Assembly (NCBI RefSeq): GCF_963921235.1
Contig: NC_086101.1
Coordinates: 6,822,001-6,886,000, forward strand
DNA: 64,000 nucleotides
Origin: Mobula hypostoma
Taxonomy: Eukaryota
Direction of reading: 5' to 3'
Shown: piece after piece, positions 25,226 to 35,100 of the stretch
How positions within the stretch are numbered: the stretch's first letter is position 1
Layout of the letters: the number at the start of each line of letters is the position of its first letter
Position numbers and translations under genes: made by a program
The notes under the pieces: generated by a model
What the model saw: the letters and a program-made list of their open reading frames with translations, nothing else
The model's database searches: none
What the model was told of the DNA's origin: nothing

Positions 25226-26383
25226 TGCAGTACAGAATCAAAATAATACTTATCTTTCACTGTGCCGATCTCTGCAATGTCAGAAGGGCCTCACTGATCC
25301 GACAATTTTTCTTATAGCTCCCCATCCCTAGTCCCCATCCCCTCGTATATCTTCTCTAAATCTCAGCACTGACAATGGCAGTGATCTTGCCTCAGACAAA
25401 ACTCTCCCACTGCACAAGGAAAATGCCCTTTTTATACCATCTATACCATTATTCCATCAAAGGATAACATAATTATCACCCCAGTACTTTCCTTAGCTGG
25501 GTGGTTGCAGCTGAACTTTCTTATCTCTTACGACCTTCATCCCAGACACAGAATTTAGGAAGAAGGAGACAACGGGTCTGTAAGGAGGAAAACATTCTTC
25601 ATCAGTATTTCATCTTCATGATGTGCATTCAAAAGAGACAAGGCGTTGGTCAATATGTGGGAAAACAAAACGTTACCACATTCCAACCTGACACCATTGT
25701 GTCTTTGAACTTCCATTTTATTTTGACATGTGCCAAGGAGGAATCACAATTAACTGTTTCCTTACGCAGGGAACTGCACCTTCTCCAGTGCCTCCCGGAG
25801 TTGAGGATGACACATTTTCACTCCAGAACTGAGGTGATCGATGAGACCAATGTGGCATCTGCTGTGTAGGATTAGTGTAAGAGAGTCCATAATGGTTAAT
25901 AAGGTCCGGCCTGTATCTGAGCTGCATTTTGCATTTAAAATGTGCCTTTAATTCTTAATAAAAATATATACTAAATACTAAACATGGTGTGAAAAATATT
26001 TTACATTCTGAATGCCATTTGATCAATCCAGTCAGTCACGTTCACATTGTTTAAACCATTTCCACTCAGGTTGTCTCAGAGGTGATGCAACTTTTCAATG
26101 TTGGCAGCATTTCCTGACGGACATCTCGCTGTGCTGGGAGACCAACAGGTTTCGGGCAGACCAAAGAGCGTCTCTCACTGAGCTGATGATCTCCCAGCAG
26201 CCGTTTCCGTGCTGAATCACCGGAAACAGGAACATCAGCACTGAGGCCGGCAGGTCAAATGTCTCTTGTTTACATAGGGATGGTGAAATATTGCAACCTG
26301 CAGGAGCCCTGGCCTGACTTGAGGGTCCTGCCTTCTGTGATATCTCACTGTTGTGGAGGGAAGGAGTTGTGTTCAGAGCTCTC

Positions 26384-26398
26384 TGTGTGTGTATGTGT

Positions 26399-26447
<49 letters not shown>
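26384..26447. repeat. (TG)n microsatellite
   Basis: Direct reading, two TA interruptions. Confidence 0.95.
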
Positions 26448-26448
<1 letters not shown>

Positions 26449-26699
26449 TCTGTTGGATGAACTGAGAGATTATGGGATGTTGGGAGGGTTTACACACATG
26501 ATTGGGAGAGGTCGGATCAGACAGGTCACTAGGCCTGACTAATCTGCGGACCCAGAATCAGAATCGGGTTTATTATCTCTGTTATAAATGATGTGAAATG
26601 TGTTACTTTGCAGCAGCAGTGCAGTGCACAGACATAACATCACTATGAATTATAAAATAAATAGAGCAAGTGAAGGAATAATGGGGTAATCAGTGGGAA

Positions 26700-27015
26700 T
26701 CTTTGTGTCATCTCTGGCACAAAGAAGATGGCTGTGGTGTTTGGAGCTGATCATCTCAGCCACAGGACATCTCTGCAGGAACTCCCCAGGACAGAGTCCT
26801 CGGCCCAAACACCCTCAGCTGCTTCATCAACGATCTTCTGTCCATCGTAAGGTGAGAGGTCGGGATGGTCACTGATGACGACACAATGTTCAGCACCATC
26901 TACCACTCCTCAGATAATGAAGCAGCCCACAACACAAATGCAGCAAGACTTGGACAATATCCAGACCTGGGCTGACAGGTGGCAAGTGACAATCACACCA
27001 AACAGTGTCAGGCAG
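26700..27015 (+). mobile_element. Old CR1-like RT fragment
   Basis: CCCCAGGACAGAGTCCTCGGCCC...TTCATCAACGATCTT...CAGCAAGACTTGGACAATATCCAG (PQ.S.LGP, FINDL, QQDLD). Confidence 0.65.
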
Positions 27016-28735
27016 TGATATCTGAGGAAGCGATCTCGGGAATCATAAGAGAAGTGGGAAAACTTATAAAATGTTTAAGCTAGGTGCCTTACAATCTGGG
27101 AAATTATGGCAGTAAAATTAATTAGACCCATGTTTAAGATCACTGAGAGGTGACGATATGACAGTCAGTGCAGTGTTTAGATTGTGGATGTGTTCAGTCA
27201 GCATGGCGAAGCTCACTGGAACAAAGGTAAACGGGTGGAGGTTGGATTGCAGACCACGGGAGGAGAGTTTATCATCAGATAATGAGAGTCGCGGCAGGAA
27301 AACAGGGTCAATAATGAAAACAGAATTACAGAGAGCACTGCGAAATGACTGTCAGTGAGATAGAGATAGACCACAGAGGAACAATTAAAGATCAAATACT
27401 ACAGAGAAATGTAGATTCCTGATGATTTTTTGTAGGATACGCATGTCACCATTGTATAACAGGAACCCGTAGGATAATTGACTCCATGGAGTATCTTTGA
27501 GATCACACTCGAAGTGTTCCCTGATATTCACTGTAAAAGGGTCTGAATAAACTGACCTGTTCCCGAAACTCACCACTGCTGTTTGGCGGGTTCTTTCTGT
27601 GCTGGTCTATCTGAACCGTATTCAAGTGGGGGACTGGTCCCCACACCCACAACCCAACCCCCAGTCCTTCTGTCCCTCGAGCTGCTGTTGTAAAGGCTGC
27701 CAAGATGAAGACTGTCAGACTCAGTGACGTGGAGATTGCAGAGAAACACAATCAAAATACTAGAGGAACTCAGGGGGTCAGGCAGCAGCTGTGGAGAGGA
27801 GAACGGTCACCGTTTCAGACCGAGAACCTTCAACGCTGTTTATTCCTCTCCATATGCTGCCTGACTGGTTGCTCTAGAATTCCAGCATCTGCAGAATCTC
27901 TTGTGTTTGTGAGTGGAGATTTCATCCCAGTGCCCCTGCTGTCTGGGGCTGACGGGGTTTAGAAGACAGGCAAGTTTTTCCACAAGTGGGCCCTGTTCAG
28001 AACAAGTGAGGCCAGACCTTTGGAGCCGGGCTGTATGTGGTGCAGTCAAGAAGGGAAATGGAAATAAGGAGTTGAATGTTTTCCACACTGTGACGTACAA
28101 TGTCCAGTCCTGTGGTGATTCTTTGCCATTGTCACAGCATCAGTCTCCTCACAGCAGATTCTCTCTACATCCCGTGTTCCATACCATTAACTGATTTAAT
28201 AGTTGCTATAAATTTACATTAATCACCGTTTTTACACCTCAGTCTGACTCTCTTTATTGTTTGATCTAAAAAAAAACACGAGTTTTTTGAGGAACACCGA
28301 GGGTTAGGCAGCATCTGTGGAGAGAAATGGACAATCGACATTTCAGTTCGAGAGCCTTCATCTGGACTGTCTAAACCCGGAATATCTTCTGTCCATTTTT
28401 CTCTACAAATGCTGTCTGACCTGCTTAGTTCCTCCAACTGCTCTCTTTTCCTCCAGATTCCTGCATTTACAGCCCCTTATGCCTCTCTTTTCAAGACTTG
28501 TCCCTTCAGTTCTCCCATAGACTGAGCCAAGCTCTTGTCTCTGGCTTTATTTATATTAGACTTGTTTAATGTGTTTCTGATCCCTGCTGTGGATTTGAAC
28601 ACGATTCCTGCTCACTGAAGAGGAACATTCATTCCCGAGACTGCAGCGCCCCTAGAGGACAATTGCGGTACCGCCGGCGTTCAGCAGCTCCCTGATCGTG
28701 AAAGCATTCTGAACCAGGAAGTACGGAGAGTTAAC

Positions 28736-29146
28736 ATGGCTTCGCAACGACAGATCGAGAGTTTAACCGAGGAGGTAATTTGTCCCATCTGCCTGGATTT
28801 CTTCACCGATCCGGTTATACTGGACTGTGGACACAACTTCTGCCGCTCCTGCATCACACGGTGTTGGGAAAGGGAGGAGAGAAACTCCTGCCCAGAATGT
28901 GGAGAGGAGTTTGCGGACGGCACCCTCAGGGTCAGTTGGGCCTTGACAAACCTGTCTGAGAAAGCTCGAAAACTAAACCCGAATCAGAAAAAGAAGGAAA
29001 GTAAACTTCTCTGCGAGAAACATCAGGAAGAACTGAAGCTGTTTTGTGAGACGGACAAGACACTGATCTGCCTGATCTGTAGAGATGGGCGGGAACACAA
29101 GTCTCACAACTTCATGCCGGTTACCGAAGCAGTTGAAATCTACAAG
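28736..29146 (+). CDS. TRIM exon 1: C3HC4 RING and B-box 2
   Basis: CPICLDFFTDPVILDCGHNFCRSC...CPEC; CEKHQEELKLFCETDKTLICLICRDGREHKSH; donor AAG|GTAAAA. Confidence 0.95.
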
Positions 29147-32100
29147 GTAAAACTAGCCAGGTCTTGATCAGCTGTTTACTTAGTTGAATATTTTGGTCTA
29201 ATGTCTTCACTCTCTGATTCCCAGGGTCGGGTTCAATCTTCCTTAGACTCTCTCACTAAAAGAAATCAGACTTCGAGGAAATGGAGCAACAACAGAAAGA
29301 GAAGATTTCTGGAGTTCGGGTGAGGCTGCTGAGCAGAATTTACAAATTCGCTGTGTAGTTTTGTTCCCTTTAATGCAGAATAGCAGAGTATCGCAGCTCC
29401 AGTAACCTGGGATCGATCCTGACCCCTAGAGCTGTCTGCGTGGAGTTTGCATGTTCTCCCCGTAACCAGTACCATCCTTTAGCCGACACTGAATGGTTGA
29501 ACGGTAAATTGGCTCCTGTAATTAACCTTGTGATTGTGGGTGGTCTGTGAATCAGGTCGGAGTTAGTGGGTCAGAGACGGAATATATGTTTCAGAGAGAC
29601 CTGGGGGAATGTGATGGAGGGGGTTGTTCTGAGAACCAGCAGAGTAGTTAATGTGCTGAATAGTCACCTTCCATGTCATAAGGAATTACAAAAAAATAGC
29701 CTCAAATAGGAAACTAGTCTTTCCTTTCATTTGACAGGGACAGTCACACAGCCTTCAGTCCCAGATCACATCCCATTTTGCTGAACTGCGTCGGGTTCTC
29801 ACTGAGAAAGAGCAGCGCGCACTCCGAGATCTCAGGGAAGAAGAGGAGAGGATTCTGAATCCAATGGAAAAAAATCTTCGAGAGATTCAAGAGAATTTAA
29901 ATTCTCTCCAAGAGGAAATCTCAAAGTTACAGGAACAGATTGATCAACAAGAAAATATCACATTCCTCATGGTGAGAGATTTCAGTTTGGTTCTCTAAAA
30001 GTGCACAGTCACAAACTGATGTATTTTATCTCAAATACTGTAGTTGTAACCTGATTTTCACCATGCAGATGTCTTGACTGTTTAGAATTGTCATTGTCCC
30101 AAACTGGCCTCCCACAGCATCCGTACATCAAAGGACAGTCTGCAACCTTCTCGGGAATGAGTTACTCTGATCAGAACACTGAGCTGCTGATCGTTTCTGT
30201 GATCCCCACGTTTAATATCCCTGATACTCAGAGTAACACCCAGTTACAGTCACAGATTATCAGTGTGTTTCTGATATCCTCTTTATCCTTTATTAACAAC
30301 AAAATGATGTTTTATGATTGACTTTTGGTCTCGTAAAAACAGAAGCATTTTCTCCACTTCCACCCCATCAAATCCATTCGGAATGTTAAATTCTGGCATC
30401 TGATCCTCCCTGACATCGTATCCAGATAAAAAAGCACATCCTGTCCGGTCTCTCCTGTAAGTTCCATAGAATTCATAGAATCTCATAAAATTCCTTGTAC
30501 TTCCTCCCGTGGTTCTGTGTCCCTCTGTGTCCCCCCCCCCCAGCTCCCCCCTCCCATGTATAAGCAGCAGCAGGGCAACGATCACCCCTCCCCACCAGCA
30601 AAAATTCATCAGCACCTTCCACTGAGCACTCAAGCGTGCAGCAAACATCAATAAAGACAGAGACCTGCAGTACCCCAAAGACTGCTCGTTCATCCAGTAA
30701 TTCAACATAACACAGGTTCTCTCTCCCGGAAATGGGAAAAAGTGGTGACACGTTTCATAGCAAGAGGGGAGACATAGTCAACAGCTCGCTGATTTACGAT
30801 GTTAAAAGTCTGTTGCATTGTTGTTTTCAAGCTCTGTGCCAAAAGAACTCAAGTGTCGGGTCACACAGCTAGCAGCTCGCTTGTTGCTTTCGATTATCCA
30901 TCTCCCACGACACACCGATTCCCCACAGAAGCACCGACCTCGAGTCTGCCCACCTCCAGAGCCATGGAACCCTGGAAATCTGAAGGCATGCTAGTCTTCT
31001 AGGCCGCGTCCTCGATATATCGAACAGCGGCCAGTCGTGAGACCCCGAGAGTGGGTCTCATTCCTGCAAAGAACTGAAGGCAGTGAGTAACTCCAGGTCA
31101 GAGACTTCAAAAGAACCCTGAAAGGGAAAAGTAGAGATACTAAATACAGAAATAGAGCTATTTCCGAAGATGCGAGCAAAGCAGTCTCCATTAGGCGCCA
31201 TCGTACTCCTCAACTACCAGCAGCTTTAAATAACTTGGCTCAGATTCCTGCTATTGGGATGCCAACGGTCAGTCTCAGTCAGTTGAGATCTGTGTTTGAT
31301 TTATTTCAGGAGGAAGCTCGTCGGAAGAGAAGGTAGGACGTGGTCTATACTGAAACTCTGTATGGATTTGTAAAATAGTTCAAATGTTGCTGATGCTCAG
31401 TTTATAACCAGCTGTATAATATTTTCAGGATCAGTGATGCTGCCCAGATATTGTCAGTGACAGATGGTGCCCTACTGGCTGAAAAATTCTACCACCCCTA
31501 TTTGTTTGACACAGCATTCGGAGAAGCGTTTGATGGCATTAAACGAGGTAAAACATACAGATTCATTTGCCTTTGTTTCAGACACAATTAATTAATAATA
31601 AACACAAAATTTGGCTGTAATAATAGGCTGAAGGGGAACTGAAGTTTATTCTGGCCCCAACTCCACCTGAAGGGAGGCATCACTGTCACGTGATCACGTG
31701 GAGAAGTCAGACCCCTGAACACATCAACACTGGGACAAAATATAACCAATTCACCGGACTGTTAGATGAACCAGTGCATCCTGATCCCATTCATACTGGA
31801 AAAAATATGTCAATGCATGCGCTTGAATCCTGCCACAGTAGTTCTGGAATTAATGTTTCATTAGTGACATTAAAGGGGATAACATTTGGTATCACTGCAG
31901 TGACAAGGATTGTCAGAAAAATACACCAGTCATTCGTGCCAGTCACCCTGTCTGCCCTGTCTGTGACCGCAGTCTGATTGACTCGGGTCTGTCCCCTGCT
32001 GGACTCGCGAGTCTCACTGTTGTAATCAAACCACCACAGTGAAGCATCGTCAGACTGAGCCCGGACACACCAATCAGCATTGACCTCGGTGAACGATGGG

Positions 32101-35100
32101 AGAAGCCCACACAGCATAACTGGTCTGACGAATCTCTCTCACACACATACAGAAGAAGGATTGGCAGATTATCGTCAGAGCCTCAGTATTGCACATTGTT
32201 AGTACCACAACAACACACACTCACAGTGACACATATCCAAATGCATCATCAAAGTGGGGCACATCACCAGAGAAACAGACACATTTCTGTGTGTTTGTCC
32301 CATATTCCTCTAACCATTTCCTATATATTTACCTGTCTAATTTATTTCAAAATATTTTAATTATCCCTGTTTCTCCGGCTTCCTCTAGCAAGAAATTGCA
32401 CATGTACTCACATCCCTCACAGATCATTTAAAAAACTTTATCTTCAATCTCTGCCCTCTGTTTTTGGACTCTGATATTCTGGGGAAAGAGACCATGTGTA
32501 TACACTTTACATTTGCCCTCATGATTTTATATACCTCAAAAAGGCCCCCCCCCCTCAATATCCGACGCTCCAGGGAAATAGCCCCAGCTTATCCAGTCTC
32601 TCCTTTTAACCCAAGCCCTCCAGCCCTGGTAACATCTTCCTGTAATGACATCATTCCCAGAGTCGGGGACACAGAAATGCACACAAACTCCAAGTGCGGT
32701 CTATGATCAACTTCAAAGGCCTTGGTGTAGATCATGTGGACAATGTCTACCGCCCTGTCCTGGTCAATCCTCTCTGTCACCTCTTCAACAAACTGGAATT
32801 GGTGAAACATGATTTTCCATGCACAACGCCATGCTGATTGTCCCAGATCAGTCCTCATCTTTCCAAATGCTGTTCGATCCTGTCTCTCAGAAACTTTCCC
32901 ACCACTGACGTTTGGCTTATGGACTGGACTTCCCTGCTATGTTCTCCCCGTGATCGTATGGGTTTCCTTGAGGTGCTCTAATTCCTCCCACAGTTCAATT
33001 AACCCATGGTGAGGCTCGGATTAAATCAGGGGTTGCTGGGTGGTGTGGGTCATTGTAACTTGTCCCATGGTCAGGCTCGGATTAAATCAGGGGATGCTGG
33101 GTGGTGGGGATCATTGTAACTTGTCCCATGGTCAGGCTCGGATTAAATCAGGGGATGCTGGGTGGTGGGGATCATTGTAACTTGTCCCATGGTCAGGCTC
33201 GGATTAAATCAGGGGTTGCTGGGTGGTGGGGATCAAAGGGCCGGAAGGGCCTATTCCGTACTGTATCTGAAATAAATTACAGCTGATGAAAGTGCAGTCG
33301 ACATCATCTCCATGGAGTTTAACGAGGGATTTGACAAGGTAGCAGAGAATTAGATCACATGGGATACAGTACAATCTGGAATAGGATACAGAATTGTCTG
33401 GGTGGAGTCCTGTGACCAGCGGTTGTGCTGCTGGGATCAGTGCTGGGTCCACTGTTTTTCATCATTCATATGCATGATTTGGAGAGAATGTAGGTGACGT
33501 GTTAAGTAGGTTTGTTGAGGACTCTACAAATGGTGGTTTCATGGGCAGTGAAGAGGTTATTTATTTATTTAGATACAGTGTGAAACAGGCCTTCCCAGAC
33601 CAATGACCTGCTCCACCCAGCAACAGTCGCTCTTCAACACTAGCCTAATCGAAGGAGATTTTACAATGACCAATTAACTTCCTAACCAGTTTGTTTTTGT
33701 ACTAGAGTCATAAAATGACAGAAAAGTACAACACAGAAACAGGCCCTTTGGCCCATCTAGTTCATACCAAAACATTTAAACTGCCTACTTCCATCGACCT
33801 GCACCGTGACCATAACCCTCCACACCTCTGCAATCCATGTATCTGTCCAGACTTCTCTTGAACATTGAAATCGAGTTTACATGTATCACCTGCACTGGCA
33901 GCTCATTCCACACTCTTCACAACCCTCTGAGTGAAGAAGTTTCCCCTCATGTTCCCTTTAAACTTTTCACCTTTCACTCTCACACATAACCTCCAGTTGT
34001 AAGTCCTACCCACCATCTGCATTTACTCTCCTCATAATTTTGCATGCCTCTCTCAAATCTCCCTCAGCCTTCTACCTTACAAGGAATAAAGTCTTAACCT
34101 GTTCAATCTTTCCTTATAAATTTGGCCCTCCAGTCCAAGCAACATCCCTGTACATGTTCACTGTCCTCTTTCATTCTTTTTCACATCTTTCTTGCAGGTA
34201 GGTGACCAAAACTGCACATTATACTGCAAATTATGCCTCACCAACATCTCATACAACTTCATCAGAACATCCCATCTCCTGTACTCAATACTTCCATTTG
34301 TGCTTTCTTTGTGACACTATCAAGAGATAAATCTGCAGATGCTGGAAATCCAAGCAACACACACAAAATGTTGGAGGAACTCAGCAGGTCAGGCAGCATC
34401 AATGGAAATGAATAAACTCATTGATGTTTAGGTCTGAGATTTTGTGTGTGTTGCTTTGAATTTCCAGCATCCGCACTCTTTCTTCTCTTTATGATTTGGA
34501 TCACTCTGAACAGTTTTAGTTATGTACCTGCAGGAAGGATGTTATTAAACTGAGTGGGTTTAAAACAGATTTACAAGGATGTCACTGGACTGGAGGGTAT
34601 GGGGTATAAGGAGAGGCTGGATATTCTGGGACTTCTTCCTGGATCTCAGGAGGCTGCCAAGGAAGTTGTAGAGGTTGGTACAGTTACAATGATTTAAAAG
34701 ACATCGGGACAGGAAAGGCCTCAAAGCTCTCCATCTTTTTCTGGACACCAGAACTAACCAGCTCCTCTCTACCACCACTCTCCTCTGCTTAGCGGAACTC
34801 GTCCTCACTCTCAATAATTTCTCCTTTGGCTCCTCCCACTTCATTTAGACAAAAGGTGGAGCCAAATGTGGGTCCCAGCTATGCCTACCTTTTTGTTGGC
34901 TACATGGAACAGTCTATGTTCCAAGCCCACACTGGTGACCACCTCACACTTTCTCTACACAACACTGACGACTGCACTTGTGCTGCTTCCTGCACCCATG
35001 CTGAACTCGGTAACTTCATCCACTTCGCCTCCAGCTTCTACCCCGCCCTCAAATTCACATAGTTCATTTCTGATACATTCCTTCCCTTTCTTGATCTCAC

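Noticed and set aside
26184..26215. C/D snoRNA (TGATGA...CTGA)
   Set aside because: Boxes only about 25 nt apart, too short, with no terminal stem
28736..29167. Stand-alone 143-aa RING/B-box gene
   Set aside because: ORF simply runs past the donor at 29146 into intron 1
31791..32117. Antisense ORF with a similar ORF at 54982..55167
   Set aside because: Similarity is explained by the segmental duplication; the frame is not preserved between copies
33003..33232. 61-bp array as CRISPR or an RNA gene cluster
   Set aside because: Head-to-tail near-identical units within a SINE remnant
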